Source of the DNA: an uncultured Bacteroidota bacterium
GTDB lineage: Bacteria; Bacteroidota; Bacteroidia; 2-12-FULL-35-15
Length of the DNA: 64,000 nucleotides
NCBI GenBank assembly: GCA_903847205.1
Contig: CAINDA010000028.1
Coordinates: 4,603 to 68,602 of the forward strand
Direction of reading: 5' to 3'
A program made the translations under genes and the position numbers. The notes beneath the pieces were generated by a model. The model saw nothing but the letters and a program-made list of their open reading frames with translations, was not told where the DNA came from and ran no database searches. This document shows, in pieces, positions 30,096 to 40,937 of the stretch. Position 1 is the first letter of the stretch; every line of letters starts with the position of its first letter.

Positions 30096-31376
30096 TTATT
30101 TAAAGAGCGCATTGATATGATTGCGCAGGAGTTTTTGTTCTGTTTTCGACTGAGTTAATTTCAACGCAAGTTCAAAATTTCTTTTGGCTTCCTCCGTCTG
30201 GTTCAGTTTTAACGAGATTTCGCCGAGCAGGCTGTAATATAAATAATATGATTCTAATTTTTGTCTGCCTTGTACTGCCTCTAATTCAGTTTGTGCAGCA
30301 ACTGCGCCGTTCAGCTGCAGCACGGCAACAATACGGTTTAATTCTGTAACAGGCGATGGCGAAATCCGCTGCAGCCATTCATAATATCCAAGAATATTTT
30401 TCCAATTTGTTTTTTCAAAACTTTGCGCTGTGCAGTGTTCAAAAGCGATTGCAGCTTCTAAGTGATAACTGCTGATGGTACTGCCGAAAGCCGCTTTGTT
30501 CATATATGAATTTCCTTCGCTTATTAAAACTTTGTTCCATTTGCTGCGGTCCTGTAAAGGAAGTAAAATTATTTCTCCTTCAGAGCTGAGGCGGCTGCCG
30601 CTTCTGGAAGAATGAAAACACATCAGTGCAAGCAGTGCATATACTTCAGGTAACTGCGTGTACTCGTTTTCTGCGAGGAGCCTGCAAAGGGTGACAGCCT
30701 CTTCAATTATATCATTTCTAATTAAATTTTCGGAATGAGTTGAATTATATCCTTCGTTAAAAATGAGGTAAATGCTGTTTAATACACTATTAATCCTATT
30801 ATTTATTTCATCCTTGCTGGGGATTACCAGCCTGATTTTATTCTGTCTGAAAAACTCTCTTGTTCTGTAAAGCCTCTTAGAAACGGTATCTTCAGAGGTA
30901 AGGAAGGCTTTAGCAATTTCGCTGGTGCTGAAACCGCAGAGTGTTTTAAGAATAAGGGTGATTTGATTTTCTTCAGAAATATCAGGATGGCAGCAGGCGA
31001 ACATCATTCTTAACTGATCATCTTTTATTAAATGTTCTTCAAACAATTGATTAAAGGTTGTTTCAACGGTGTAACCCGAAGCAAGCAAAAAGTGAGTTTC
31101 GCTGTCGCCGAATGAAATACTGCTTTTTTGTTTTTTGATTAAGTTGAGGGCTTTATTTTTTGCAGCGATAAACAGCCATGCTTCCGGCTTTGCGGGGATG
31201 CCTTTTAATTTCCAGTGCTCAAGAGCAGAAATCAACACATCCTGAACTACATCTTCGGCGAGCTCAATATTATGAGAACCGAATATGCGTGTAAGCACAG
31301 AAACCATCTTTCCCGCCTGGTGACGGAAAAGATGGTTAACAGTGCTTTCTACAATTTGATCAGAGGAACTTGACAT
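30096..31376 (-). CDS. Sigma-70/ECF-type RNA polymerase sigma factor with a long C-terminal (DUF6596-like, TPR-like) extension
   Basis: Region 2 (VQDVLISALEHW) and region 4 HTH (CGFSTSEIAKAFLTSEDTVSKRLYRTR), followed by a ~230-aa helical domain. This type often neighbours YciI-like genes. Confidence 0.75.
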   Translation of the reverse strand: MSSSSDQIVESTVNHLFRHQAGKMVSVLTRIFGSHNIELAEDVVQDVLISALEHWKLKGIPAKPEAWLFIAAKNKALNLIKKQKSSISFGDSETHFLLASGYTVETTFNQLFEEHLIKDDQLRMMFACCHPDISEENQITLILKTLCGFSTSEIAKAFLTSEDTVSKRLYRTREFFRQNKIRLVIPSKDEINNRINSVLNSIYLIFNEGYNSTHSENLIRNDIIEEAVTLCRLLAENEYTQLPEVYALLALMCFHSSRSGSRLSSEGEIILLPLQDRSKWNKVLISEGNSYMNKAAFGSTISSYHLEAAIAFEHCTAQSFEKTNWKNILGYYEWLQRISPSPVTELNRIVAVLQLNGAVAAQTELEAVQGRQKLESYYLYYSLLGEISLKLNQTEEAKRNFELALKLTQSKTEQKLLRNHINALFK

Positions 31377-31394
31377 TTAGTAATGTCAAATTAA

Positions 31395-31778
31395 TTAATT
31401 ATTGGAATGTAATCCAACTTTGTTTCCTTCGGTATCCAGGAAAAATGCCATGTGGCCCATCTTGTTGCCGATATCAGTTTTAGGCATCAGTACTTTGCCT
31501 CCGGCTTTTTCAATTTTACTTAATGCTGTTCCAAGATCAGGATTAGCATTTAAATAAATTACCGCACCGTCTCCGCTTGGTTTATGCATTGGCCCTTGCA
31601 CTAATGCACCTGCAACTTTTCCGTTCGCTCCTTCACCTGGGAAAAATGCCATCTGCATTCCCATGTTTTCCTGCTGCTGCATCTTAACAGAAAAAACTTC
31701 TTCATAAAATTTTTTTGCTCTGGCGATATCACTTGCTGCAATTTCGAACCAGTTTAGAATGTTTACTTTTTCGTTCAT
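31395..31778 (-). CDS. VOC/glyoxalase-family protein
   Basis: 127 aa. Paired beta-alpha-beta-beta-beta pattern with an N-terminal WFEI..D motif. Family-level call only. Confidence 0.65.
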   Translation of the reverse strand: MNEKVNILNWFEIAASDIARAKKFYEEVFSVKMQQQENMGMQMAFFPGEGANGKVAGALVQGPMHKPSGDGAVIYLNANPDLGTALSKIEKAGGKVLMPKTDIGNKMGHMAFFLDTEGNKVGLHSNN

Positions 31779-31902
31779 GTTGGTTTTGGTTTTAAATTAT
31801 TATTTATTATTTGTTGAAATCAGGCTTTGTAGAATTAAATGAGATGCTTAAAAAATCGCCCCTGCCCCTACAAAAAAGAAGGGGGACAAAAAAATTGTAA
31901 AA

Positions 31903-32583
31903 TTACCATTCAACCCACTCTCCTTTGGGATGAACCCACATAGAGGAAGCTGGTTTGGATGCATATATATTATATAATCCAGAGTTTTGAAATTCAGGAC
32001 TCATGTAATGTTTCATCATGCCATCAGCACTCATCCAAACATCAACTCCTAATATCTCCAATGCTTCCGGAGAGCTGGGTGCAGCCATTCTTGAATAAAA
32101 TGCGTGAGAAACCATTCCGTTTGCACGTGCTATTTTTACAGTTCCTTCCATTGCCGGATTATGAATTGCAGCGGCTTCTTCAAGAGATTTAACTGTTCCG
32201 CGCACCAAGCCGATAAATTTTTCGTTTTTGCCGGTTGGGGCAGGGAAATTGAAATTCAAAAAGTCGTCTATCTTGGTCCATACAATTGCTTCTCTGGAGG
32301 CAAACATCATCTCGGCTCCTCCCTGTACCTGCGGGTCGCTGAAAAACTGATTAAGGCCTTCCATGCTGTTCCATATGTCCATGAATAATAAATCGCCCTT
32401 AAACGATTTTTCTGCGTCAACTGGCATAAATGTCATATGGCTCATGTCGCCAAGTGATTTGGCAGCTGCCACTCCGCCGGGGTTTCCGGCAGTTTGATTA
32501 TGAAGCTCGCATGCGGCTTCAATACTTGAAGGCTTAACTTTGCCCATAACGGTAAGCAGATTAAAAGTCATTTTTTGTTTCAT
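31903..32583 (-). CDS. Hypothetical protein with two internally duplicated ~100-aa halves. The likely start is the internal Met at 32583, not 32697.
   Basis: The upstream 38 codons of the long ORF look like AT-rich non-coding sequence and would overlap the neighbouring small ORF. The halves ..MSHMTFMPVD..DIWNSMEGLNQF and ..MVSHAFYSRM..DVWMSADGMMKHY are similar. Confidence 0.45.
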   Translation of the reverse strand: MKQKMTFNLLTVMGKVKPSSIEAACELHNQTAGNPGGVAAAKSLGDMSHMTFMPVDAEKSFKGDLLFMDIWNSMEGLNQFFSDPQVQGGAEMMFASREAIVWTKIDDFLNFNFPAPTGKNEKFIGLVRGTVKSLEEAAAIHNPAMEGTVKIARANGMVSHAFYSRMAAPSSPEALEILGVDVWMSADGMMKHYMSPEFQNSGLYNIYASKPASSMWVHPKGEWVEW

Positions 32584-32653
32584 GGGGATTTTTTTGTTTT
32601 TAGGATTTTTTTTTAAATAATTTTGAGTGTTCAATTTTGGCAGATTCAGAAAA

Positions 32654-32902
32654 TTATTTACTGCTGTTTTTAGCTTCATTGTACCCGTCTGCAGCAAAGC
32701 AGATATTAATAATTAAAACAGCGGCAAACATTATGTTATGAAGTAAAGGACTCAAAGCCTGAAGCTGCAGTTCCACATAAGTGAGTGCTATCGCGCCAAG
32801 TGTAAAACCAATACCTAGTACGGTGCGTTTTTGGTTGTAAATGTAACCGGCACCCATAAAGAAAAAATTAAGTACTGCTGCGATCCAAGGGTTCTTTTTC
32901 AT
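32654..32902 (-). CDS. Small hypothetical membrane protein (82 aa)
   Basis: Two or three hydrophobic helices. ORF only. Confidence 0.35.
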   Translation of the reverse strand: MKKNPWIAAVLNFFFMGAGYIYNQKRTVLGIGFTLGAIALTYVELQLQALSPLLHNIMFAAVLIINICFAADGYNEAKNSSK

Positions 32903-32982
32903 TTTGGTTGTTTTTTAGTTTATATTCTGATGGTTTATATACTAAAGACAAACAAGACTTTAAAATTTGGACAAATTTTTAA

Positions 32983-33381
32983 TTATTTTTTCAAATATTT
33001 TTTCATTGGTGTCCAGTAATATTCTTTCCATCCGCTTTTTAGCGATTCCACGCTAATTTCAGGGACTTCGGCTTGAGTGAAGGTTAGTTTTGTTCCTTTG
33101 TCTTTCTTTTCGAAAAGGAAAGTGCAAGTTGTATAATAATCATCAGGCCAGCCGTTTTCGGCGAAATGCCATGCCTGTATAATTTTTTTGCCGTCTTCTA
33201 ATTCGATGTTATAACCTGTGCAGTAACCGTCAAACACTTCAAATTTTCCTTTAATTTTTTTACTGACTTTTACATCGCCGCCTACAAAAGCAGCGTATTT
33301 TTTTTTATCCATTAGTAAGTCATACACTTCCTTTGGAGAAGCGGCAAATGTTACCGTCTGTTTAATTGTTTTAGTTTTCAT
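32983..33381 (-). CDS. SRPBCC-superfamily protein (Aha1/AHSA1-like)
   Basis: 132 aa with typical Aha1-like SRPBCC spacing (..ASPKEVYDLLMD..FVGG..W..). Adjacent to stress genes. Confidence 0.65.
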   Translation of the reverse strand: MKTKTIKQTVTFAASPKEVYDLLMDKKKYAAFVGGDVKVSKKIKGKFEVFDGYCTGYNIELEDGKKIIQAWHFAENGWPDDYYTTCTFLFEKKDKGTKLTFTQAEVPEISVESLKSGWKEYYWTPMKKYLKK

Positions 33382-33446
33382 GTGTCAATAATTTTATTTG
33401 ATTTTTATTTTTTTTCTGGATTTTACATTGTGAAATAAAAAGAAAA

Positions 33447-33800
33447 TTATACTGCACTCATAGTACCTATTTCGCGGATCTCTACCGTTCCGCTTTCTGC
33501 TTCAAGGTTGGGACAGCCTTCTGAAATTTTAACGGCTTCATTAAAGCCTGCAGCTTTTATCAGTACATAGCCTCCAAGAATTTCTTTGCCTTCCATAAAA
33601 GGGCCGTCGGTCAACTTCTTTTGGCTTCCTTTTATAACCCTTCCTTCGTTTGTTAAAGGCTGGGCGCCGGTTAAGTGACCGCTTTGTGCAATTCCGCCGA
33701 TCCATTCCTGCCAGCGTTTCATGTGAGCTTCAATTTCGTTTGGTGATAATTGTTTACGTTCCGCATCGCCCCCGCGGAATAATAAAAGATATTCTTTCAT
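33447..33800 (-). CDS. YciI-like (YCII-related) protein
   Basis: 117 aa. MKEYLLLFRGG N-terminus and a conserved His/Asp pattern typical of the YCII family. Confidence 0.75.
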   Translation of the reverse strand: MKEYLLLFRGGDAERKQLSPNEIEAHMKRWQEWIGGIAQSGHLTGAQPLTNEGRVIKGSQKKLTDGPFMEGKEILGGYVLIKAAGFNEAVKISEGCPNLEAESGTVEIREIGTMSAV

Positions 33801-34108
33801 GATGTTTGGTTTTAAGATTTATATACTAAAGACAAACTAAAAGATAATAATAGGACAATTTAGGAAAATATTTTTTAATCGGCATTCAGGCGAAGTTAAC
33901 AAATCATAAAATCTTTTAGCAAAGTCTTATCAAAACTCTGAGGAAGCTTCAAACAGGATGATTTAAACTTTGATTTGTTTTTTTAAGAATGATTTCTATT
34001 TACCTGTGGCTCCCAAAAAAATTGGATAAGCTTTTTTGGCATTATGGAATAAGGAGAGAAATTGTTTTAGTTGTCCATTAGGCATGGACTAATTGTACAT
34101 TACTTGAA

Positions 34109-34453
34109 TTATTTACCGTACATCTTTTTTCGGTGCTGGATACCCCAGTCCTTTAGGGCATCAATTACTTTTTCAAGTGACTCTGCGTAAGGTGTAAGAA
34201 CGTACTCAATGGTTACCGGCAGCGAATCATAAACAGTCCTTTTGACCAGCAGGTTAATTTCGAGCTCTTTTAATTCTTTTGACAGCATTCTTGAGGTGAT
34301 TTTCGGGATTTGTCTTTCTATTTCCTTAAATCTTGTATTGCCGGCCGACATAGCAATAATTATCTGGAGTTTCCATTTGCCGTTTATTACATCAAGCGCA
34401 TCTCTTATAGGTAAAAGAGATTTAAGGCAGGCAGTATGATTTTTATTTTCCAT
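34109..34453 (-). CDS. HxlR-family winged-helix transcriptional regulator
   Basis: 114 aa. C..L..I.GKWK..I (HxlR signature). Divergent from a DsbA-like gene, which is a common pairing. Confidence 0.8.
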   Translation of the reverse strand: MENKNHTACLKSLLPIRDALDVINGKWKLQIIIAMSAGNTRFKEIERQIPKITSRMLSKELKELEINLLVKRTVYDSLPVTIEYVLTPYAESLEKVIDALKDWGIQHRKKMYGK

Positions 34454-34627
34454 CGAAGTTTAACTTGGTATATTCGAGTATAGCGGTATATTATTGTATA
34501 TCACTTACATTTGTATAGCAAATGTATGTAATTTTGTGTTTAGGAATATAAGTGCATAAAAATATTTTAAAATTTTCCTCTCACGGCATTAGGTGAGAAA
34601 TAAAATTTCTTAAAATAAAAAAGACAA

Positions 34628-35266
34628 ATGAAAATAGAAATATGGAGTGATGTAATGTGCCCTTTCTGCTATATCGGGAAACGAAAATTTGAAACCGCTT
34701 TAGAAGGATTTGAGCACAAAGACAAGGTGGAAGTTGTCTGGAAAAGCTTTCAGCTGAACCCTGATATGAAAACAGAACCTGGCAAAAATATTAATCAATA
34801 TCTGGCTGAAATTAAAGGCTGGTCATTGGAGCAGGCGGAAAAAATTAACAAGCAGGTAACAGAAACTGCGAAAGCAGCCGGTCTAAATTACAATTTTGAT
34901 AAAGCTGTAATTGCTAATTCTTTTGATGCACACAGGCTTATTCAATTGGCAAAAAAAAATAATAGAGGTGATGCAGCTGAAGAGCGATTGTTTAAAGCAT
35001 ATTTTACTGAAGGAAAAAACATTGCTGATGCTGAAATATTAGTTCATTTGGGTATTGACATTGGGCTTGACGCTACTGATGTAAAAACCATGCTGGCGGG
35101 CCAAGATTATACTGACGAAGTAAAAAAAGATATTTATGAAGCGCAGCAAGTTGGTGTAAGAGGAGTTCCTTTTTTTGTAATTGACCGCAAATATGCAGTT
35201 TCGGGAGCTCAGGAGAGTGCTGTATTTACTCAGGCTTTGAATAAGGCCTGGGCCGAAAAAGTATAA
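34628..35266 (+). CDS. DsbA-family dithiol-disulfide isomerase (FrnE-like)
   Basis: N-terminal CPFCY active site at residues 11-15. 212 aa thioredoxin fold with a helical insert. Confidence 0.8.
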   Translation: MKIEIWSDVMCPFCYIGKRKFETALEGFEHKDKVEVVWKSFQLNPDMKTEPGKNINQYLAEIKGWSLEQAEKINKQVTETAKAAGLNYNFDKAVIANSFDAHRLIQLAKKNNRGDAAEERLFKAYFTEGKNIADAEILVHLGIDIGLDATDVKTMLAGQDYTDEVKKDIYEAQQVGVRGVPFFVIDRKYAVSGAQESAVFTQALNKAWAEKV

Positions 35267-35282
35267 GATTTACAGAAAACAA

Positions 35283-37280
35283 TTAATTGCAGTATCTCTT
35301 CATAACGTTATAAGCCTCTTTCATGCCCAATTCGCCGGCTTTGCTTAAATCAATGCAGCCTTTTTCTCTCTGCTCCATAAAAATAAGCACTAAACCTTCG
35401 TTGTAAAACGCTTCCGGAAAATCAGGCTCAGAGCCCAATGATTTTGAAAGGTCGCTGAGTGCAGCTGGGAAGTCGCCCAAAGAGATTTTTACAGCAGCCC
35501 TGTTGAAATAGGCAAACGTAAAATTCGGGTCTAATTTTAATGCTTTAGAATAATCATTAATAACTAAATCATAGCTGGGATCATAAACCGATTTCTGCGC
35601 TTTGCCCGACGCGTTGCCGTTTAAAGAGATCTGCGTAGTTTCTTTATCGAAAGAATGAATAAGTGTAAGCAGCTTAAAACGCGTATTCGCCCTGCTGAAA
35701 TAACCAACAATGTTGTTTGTATCAAGAGATATTGCTTTATCATAATCGGCAAGGGATTGGTTGTAGTTTTTTATAGAACTATTTAAAACGGCCCTCTCTA
35801 AATAATAGGCCGCATTTAATTTGATGCTCTTAACAGAGTCCATCCGGCCTATTTTTTCTGAAGTCTTCATTTGATTAACACTGTCGGCTGAACTAACAAG
35901 GGTTACCATATCATTGTTATAATATTTCTTTTTTCGGGTATCATACACTTTTATTTTTTTTCCTGATTCAGGAAATAATGCTATTTCATATATTGGCAGA
36001 GGCTGTATATCAATATTGTTATACTGAACTTTTGAAGACGGATTTTCTTTGCTTCCAAAATCGCTGTTCAAGGCTGTGAGCTTAATCAGTTTAATACCTT
36101 CGCTGAAATTCATGCTGTCGTTTTTGGAATAATTATGATGCTTTACCGCTTCGGATTTTTTATAATCTTCCATCGCGCCTTTTATATTATGAAGGTCTTT
36201 TTTGATCAGCGATCTGTTGTAGTAAGCATCCGCAAATTCGGGGAACAGTTCAATCACTTTATCATAATCTTTTAATGCACTTTTTTTATCGCCGATTTTA
36301 TATTTTACTCCTCCGCGGTTATAGTATGCCTGAATATTATTAGGGTTTAAAATCAGTACTTCATCATAATCATCAATAGCGGATTTATATTTTTCAATAT
36401 CGCATTTTAAAATTGCCCTGTTAAAATAAGCAGCTGCATTGAAAGGGGAGAGGCGGATTACTTTGTTCAAATCTGTCATAGCCTCTTCAAATTTTTTGTC
36501 CTGCATTTTTAGCAATGCCCGCTGCATCAAAGCAGGACCATTAGCAGAATCCTGGCTGAGAACGAAATTAAAATCAATCAGGGCTAAATCTTTTTTTGAA
36601 AGCGCATTTAACGCCATTCCGCGCTGTATATAGGCATATAGGTTGTTTCTGTTAATTTTTATTGTTTTATTAAAATCTTCAATTGCTTCTTCATGTCTGC
36701 CCAAGCCATCTTTGGCTGCACCTCTGATTATATAAAGAGTTTCGTCTTTCATCTTTAATCTTAGTGCATGGGTGCAGTCATTAATCGCTGATTCATTTTG
36801 ATTGAGTGTAAGAAACAGCACAGCACGGTTCGAATAAATTCTGGCATCATTAGAATCAATTGAAATGGCAATTTGGTAATCATCAAACGCACCTGAAAAA
36901 TCATATAATTTATCGCGTGTAACTGCTCTGTAAAAAAATAATTCTTCAAGGTGCGGGAATATGGATATCGCCTTGGTATAGTCTTTTTCAGCACCCATAA
37001 AATCATCCAGCTGGAACTTAGCAAAGGCTCTTAAAAAATATCCTTCGTAAAGTTCAGGCTCAACCTGGATAGCAATATTGAGTTTTTCGATTGCTTCGGT
37101 GTAATTGTTTTTACTTAATTCATATCTGCCAAGCTGCAGATAACTTCCTTTTATCTGAGCATCGGCATTTGAAAGAAAAAACAAAATAAAAACGAGTGTG
37201 ATTATATTTCCTTGACTCTTAAACATAGTATACATCTGTTTTTCAGGAAAATTAATTTTTTCAATTAAAGAAGTCTGCAA
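35283..37280 (-). CDS. Secreted tetratricopeptide-repeat protein (665 aa)
   Basis: Signal peptide after an internal Met. More than 12 canonical TPR units (AxxYxxRGxxxxxLxxxxxAIxDF..). Confidence 0.7.
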   Translation of the reverse strand: MQTSLIEKINFPEKQMYTMFKSQGNIITLVFILFFLSNADAQIKGSYLQLGRYELSKNNYTEAIEKLNIAIQVEPELYEGYFLRAFAKFQLDDFMGAEKDYTKAISIFPHLEELFFYRAVTRDKLYDFSGAFDDYQIAISIDSNDARIYSNRAVLFLTLNQNESAINDCTHALRLKMKDETLYIIRGAAKDGLGRHEEAIEDFNKTIKINRNNLYAYIQRGMALNALSKKDLALIDFNFVLSQDSANGPALMQRALLKMQDKKFEEAMTDLNKVIRLSPFNAAAYFNRAILKCDIEKYKSAIDDYDEVLILNPNNIQAYYNRGGVKYKIGDKKSALKDYDKVIELFPEFADAYYNRSLIKKDLHNIKGAMEDYKKSEAVKHHNYSKNDSMNFSEGIKLIKLTALNSDFGSKENPSSKVQYNNIDIQPLPIYEIALFPESGKKIKVYDTRKKKYYNNDMVTLVSSADSVNQMKTSEKIGRMDSVKSIKLNAAYYLERAVLNSSIKNYNQSLADYDKAISLDTNNIVGYFSRANTRFKLLTLIHSFDKETTQISLNGNASGKAQKSVYDPSYDLVINDYSKALKLDPNFTFAYFNRAAVKISLGDFPAALSDLSKSLGSEPDFPEAFYNEGLVLIFMEQREKGCIDLSKAGELGMKEAYNVMKRYCN

Positions 37281-37538
37281 AGGTTATGATATTATTGTAA
37301 AGATAAAAATCGAATAAATATTTTTCCAGAATATCTAGGTTAAAAATTTTAAACTTGAAAAGGTTTTGATCAAGCGGGTTTTACAGAATAGTATTAAATT
37401 CTATTTTTGCAGATATCCAAAATGCTTGTTTATGTTTTTGTACATCTACACAATAAGCCCGCTTATATATTAAATCATTCTTTTTGCATATTTGGATGTC
37501 CGGTTATTAATTAAGTAAATATCTTTGAGAGACAATAA

Positions 37539-38576
37539 TTGAATATGAATAAAAAACAAATTATAACCGCCATTATTCACATACTTGTGTGGGCTCTTTT
37601 TTTGTCTATTCCTATTTTGTTTTTCAGTAATCCGCAGGGTGAACACGCTCCTCCCTTTCATAAAGATTTTTTCGGGCTAACAGAAATTATTTCATATTTA
37701 ACCTTTATAGGATTTTTTTATCTGAATGCTTATGTTCTTATTCCGGTTCTTTTATCGAAGAAAAAAACTATCGTTTATATTGCAACAGTAGTAGTTTTAA
37801 TTATCCTGATTGCTTCTGTTAATGCGGCAGTGAGTGATTTTTACAAGCCTCATCTGCATCCCAGAACTTTTATGCGGTTATTTGGTTTTAAATTATTTCC
37901 CTGCATTTTTAATTTCGCTATCAGCACAAGTTATAGAATTATTATAGATAATGTTGAAGCAGCAAAAACCAGAAAAGAAAAAGAGAATGAAAATTTAAAA
38001 AGCGAACTTTCTTTTTTACGGTCGCAGGTGAGCCCGCATTTTATGTTTAATGTTTTAAACAATATGGTGGCTCTTGCCCGAAAAAAATCGGATCGTTTGG
38101 AGCCGGCTTTAATTGAGCTGTCTAATTTAATGAGATATATGTTATATGAATCCGGTGAAGAAAAAGTAAGCGTCAATAAGGAAATTGAATATCTTAAAAG
38201 TTATATTGATTTGCAGATGCTGCGTTTTGGCGATGATGTTAAAGTTAATTTTGATGCAGTCCGTAAAACGGATACAGATAATTTTATTGAACCTATGCTG
38301 TTTATCCCTTTGGTTGAAAATGCTTTTAAGCATGGAATGGGCTTAGTAGAGAATCCTGAAATAAACATACAGCTGATCATAAATGAAGAGTCTATTTTTA
38401 TCCGCGTTATAAATAAATTCAACAGCCGTGAAACTTCAGGCAAAACTGGTAATTCAGGTATTGGACTGAGTAATTTAGAACGTCGTTTGAATTTGTTGTA
38501 TCCCGGTAAATATGAGCTCAAACTCTCAAATGAGAATAATCAATTTATCGCCGCTTTAAACTTAAATTTGAAATGA
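37539..38576 (+). CDS. LytS/YpdA-type membrane sensor histidine kinase
   Basis: Four N-terminal TM helices, then SPHFMFNVLNNMVALARK (His_kinase H-box) and NAFKHG..GIGLSN ATPase motifs. Stop overlaps the regulator start. Confidence 0.8.
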   Translation: MNMNKKQIITAIIHILVWALFLSIPILFFSNPQGEHAPPFHKDFFGLTEIISYLTFIGFFYLNAYVLIPVLLSKKKTIVYIATVVVLIILIASVNAAVSDFYKPHLHPRTFMRLFGFKLFPCIFNFAISTSYRIIIDNVEAAKTRKEKENENLKSELSFLRSQVSPHFMFNVLNNMVALARKKSDRLEPALIELSNLMRYMLYESGEEKVSVNKEIEYLKSYIDLQMLRFGDDVKVNFDAVRKTDTDNFIEPMLFIPLVENAFKHGMGLVENPEINIQLIINEESIFIRVINKFNSRETSGKTGNSGIGLSNLERRLNLLYPGKYELKLSNENNQFIAALNLNLK

Positions 38577-39289
38577 TGCGCTGCCTGGCAATAGATGATG
38601 AAACACTTGCGCTGGATCTGCTTGAAGATAATATCAGGCAGATTCCCTTTTTGCATCTGGTAAAGCGCTGCAAGAATGCTTATGAAGCAATTGAAGTATT
38701 ACAAAAGGAAGAAATTGATTTAATATTTTTGGATATTCAGATGCCCGGAATTACCGGCCTGCAGTTTCTGAAAAGCTTGAAGTCGCCTCCGATGGTGATT
38801 TTTATTACTGCCTATAAAGAACATGCACTTGAAAGTTTTAATTTGGATGTGCTGGATTACCTTGTTAAACCGGTTTCTTTTGAACGTTTTTTGAAAGCAT
38901 CAAATAAAGCTTTGGATTATTATAATTTGAAACAAAAGCTGGTACACACATCGTCGCCAGCTGCTGATTTTATATTTGTAAACGCTGAATATAGTCTTGT
39001 GAAAATTACAATTGCAGACATATCTTATGTAGAAGGATTAAAAGATTATATTAAAATTCACCTTGTAAATGCTGTAAAACCGGTTATTACGAGGATGAGT
39101 TTAAAAGGTATTGAGGAAAAACTGCCATTCGGGAAATTTTTTAGGATACATAAATCGTTTATTATTTCAATTGATAAAATTACTTCCATCCGAAAAAACC
39201 GGCTTTTTATAAAAGAGACAGAACTGCCTCTGAGCGATCTTTACAAAGATAATTTGTATAAAATTATAAGCCCAGAAAATATAATATAA
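38573..39289 (+). CDS. LytTR-family response regulator
   Basis: Receiver motifs (AIDDE, DLIFLDIQMP, KP) and a C-terminal LytTR domain. Overlaps the kinase stop by 4 nt. Confidence 0.85.
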   Translation: MMRCLAIDDETLALDLLEDNIRQIPFLHLVKRCKNAYEAIEVLQKEEIDLIFLDIQMPGITGLQFLKSLKSPPMVIFITAYKEHALESFNLDVLDYLVKPVSFERFLKASNKALDYYNLKQKLVHTSSPAADFIFVNAEYSLVKITIADISYVEGLKDYIKIHLVNAVKPVITRMSLKGIEEKLPFGKFFRIHKSFIISIDKITSIRKNRLFIKETELPLSDLYKDNLYKIISPENII

Positions 39290-39367
39290 AACCTTTTACA
39301 AATTGTTAGTGGACACCCAAGTTGTTCTCAAAAAAATGCTTTTATATAAATTGGATTCCAAATTTAT

Positions 39368-40438
39368 TTATAATCCAATTAAAAATTCTAAAGTGTCCAC
39401 ACCGTCGGCATAATCCGATAACGAAGGACATTGAGCTGTCCCGAAGGGTATAGAATTGTTGATTTGAGAAGTTTTAGAAACAACGCACTGCAGTAATTCT
39501 TTATCCGCTTCGATTCTTTTATTCAGACTTTTCAAATCATGATAAAATTCATAAAATAAAACACCTATCGGAGATGAATACGCACTGTCTTCTTTTAATA
39601 ATAAAAAATTATTATCTAATAATGATGGCTGGCTGCTCATCAAATAAACTGTGCGGTTGTATTCGTAATTATTCCCGTACTTATTATTGTTTACAATGTT
39701 TTTGAATTGAAAAATTGATTCGTAAAAAGTTTCAAAATTATACCCTCTCGGAACAAATAGTTTAGATACATTCCGGCAGCCTAAACCAAAATATTGAAAA
39801 ATATCTTTTCCCAAAAGTTTCATATCGCCTCTTTCTTCTGCACCTGTGAGAACTGCAGCCGAATTCCGATTTTTGCGGATGATGTGAGGATATTTTCCAA
39901 AATAATATTCAAAATAACGTGATGAATTATTACTGCCTGTTGCTATAACTGCGTCGATGTTTTTTAAGGGGCCTTCCGTAAATTCAATAAAACTGCTGAA
40001 TTCAGGTTCAATAACAATTAATATTTTTGAAATAAACGGCAGCAGCAATTTATCCTCCGATGATAATTTGCCGATAAATTTATTTCCTGATAACAGAACA
40101 CACAACATATCGTGGAAGCCTGCCATTGGGATGTTTCCTGCCATGATAACGGCAACACTCAGTGCTTCTTTTTTCTCATTTAAGTTTTTTATGTATTTCG
40201 AAAGCCAATCTATCATTGGTTCTGGATTCAGGCTGAATGCAATTGAAGCAATTGCATTGCGGACATTATCCTCGGTAAACCAGCCGTTGTGAAAGTGGAC
40301 CGACTGAATAAGGCTGTTAAAATCGCTGTAAAATCTTTCGTTTAGAGCATTATCAATCTGTTTTTCCTCTTGTTCAGAAAACTGTTTTAAAAAAGTTCCT
40401 AATGTTACAAAGGTTTTTATTCGGTTATCTATTGTCAT
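39368..40438 (-). CDS. Acyl-CoA reductase (LuxC-like) family protein
   Basis: 356 aa. Its size and its divergent pairing with a 4Fe-4S ferredoxin gene match the Flavobacteriia/Sphingobacteriia acyl-CoA reductase loci I recall. Family assignment only. Confidence 0.45.
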   Translation of the reverse strand: MTIDNRIKTFVTLGTFLKQFSEQEEKQIDNALNERFYSDFNSLIQSVHFHNGWFTEDNVRNAIASIAFSLNPEPMIDWLSKYIKNLNEKKEALSVAVIMAGNIPMAGFHDMLCVLLSGNKFIGKLSSEDKLLLPFISKILIVIEPEFSSFIEFTEGPLKNIDAVIATGSNNSSRYFEYYFGKYPHIIRKNRNSAAVLTGAEERGDMKLLGKDIFQYFGLGCRNVSKLFVPRGYNFETFYESIFQFKNIVNNNKYGNNYEYNRTVYLMSSQPSLLDNNFLLLKEDSAYSSPIGVLFYEFYHDLKSLNKRIEADKELLQCVVSKTSQINNSIPFGTAQCPSLSDYADGVDTLEFLIGL

Positions 40439-40526
40439 TTTTTTATAATTCTAAACTTGCTGTTCAAGCTTTGTAGTATATTTGTGAAATATTTTTTTAC
40501 AAAACTAACAAAAACAAAAGACTCCT

Positions 40527-40877
40527 ATGGCGATTAAAATAACAGAAGAGTGCATTAACTGCGGGGCATGCGAACCTGAATGTCCAAATAATGCAATATA
40601 TGAAGGCGGAAACGAATGGCGTTTCTCAGACGGCACTTCTATAAAAGGAATGTTTACAGCAAAAAGCGGTTTATCCGCTGACGGCGATGCGGCACAGACA
40701 CCTGTGGCAATGGATATATATTATATTGTTGCGGATAAGTGTACTGAGTGCACTGGATTTCATGACGAGCCTCAATGTGCGGCCGTGTGTCCGGTTGACT
40801 GCTGTGTTGATGACGAAAACTGGAGAGAAAGCAAAGAAGATTTAATGGAGAAAAAAAATGCGATGCATATTTCCTAA
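40527..40877 (+). CDS. 4Fe-4S dicluster ferredoxin
   Basis: [12 protein letters not shown] and [21 protein letters not shown] cluster motifs. Confidence 0.8.
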   Translation: MAIKITEECINCGACEPECPNNAIYEGGNEWRFSDGTSIKGMFTAKSGLSADGDAAQTPVAMDIYYIVADKCTECTGFHDEPQCAAVCPVDCCVDDENWRESKEDLMEKKNAMHIS

Positions 40878-40896
40878 AATATAATTATTGAATATT

Positions 40897-40937
40897 AAAA
40901 TGCCGTCGGGTTAAGCCACAGACGGCATTTTTATTTT
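40897..40937 (+). terminator. Rho-independent terminator after the ferredoxin gene
   Basis: tgccgtc (40901-40907) pairs with gacggca (40921-40927). tttttatttt follows. Confidence 0.55.

Noticed and set aside
31903-32697. Full 264-aa reading of the hypothetical ORF starting at 32697
   Set aside because: The first 38 codons translate AT-rich spacer-like sequence (LQTGTMKLKTAVNNFLNLPKLNTQNYLKKNPKNKKIP) and would overlap the adjacent small ORF. The internal Met at 32583 gives a compact gene with sensible spacing.
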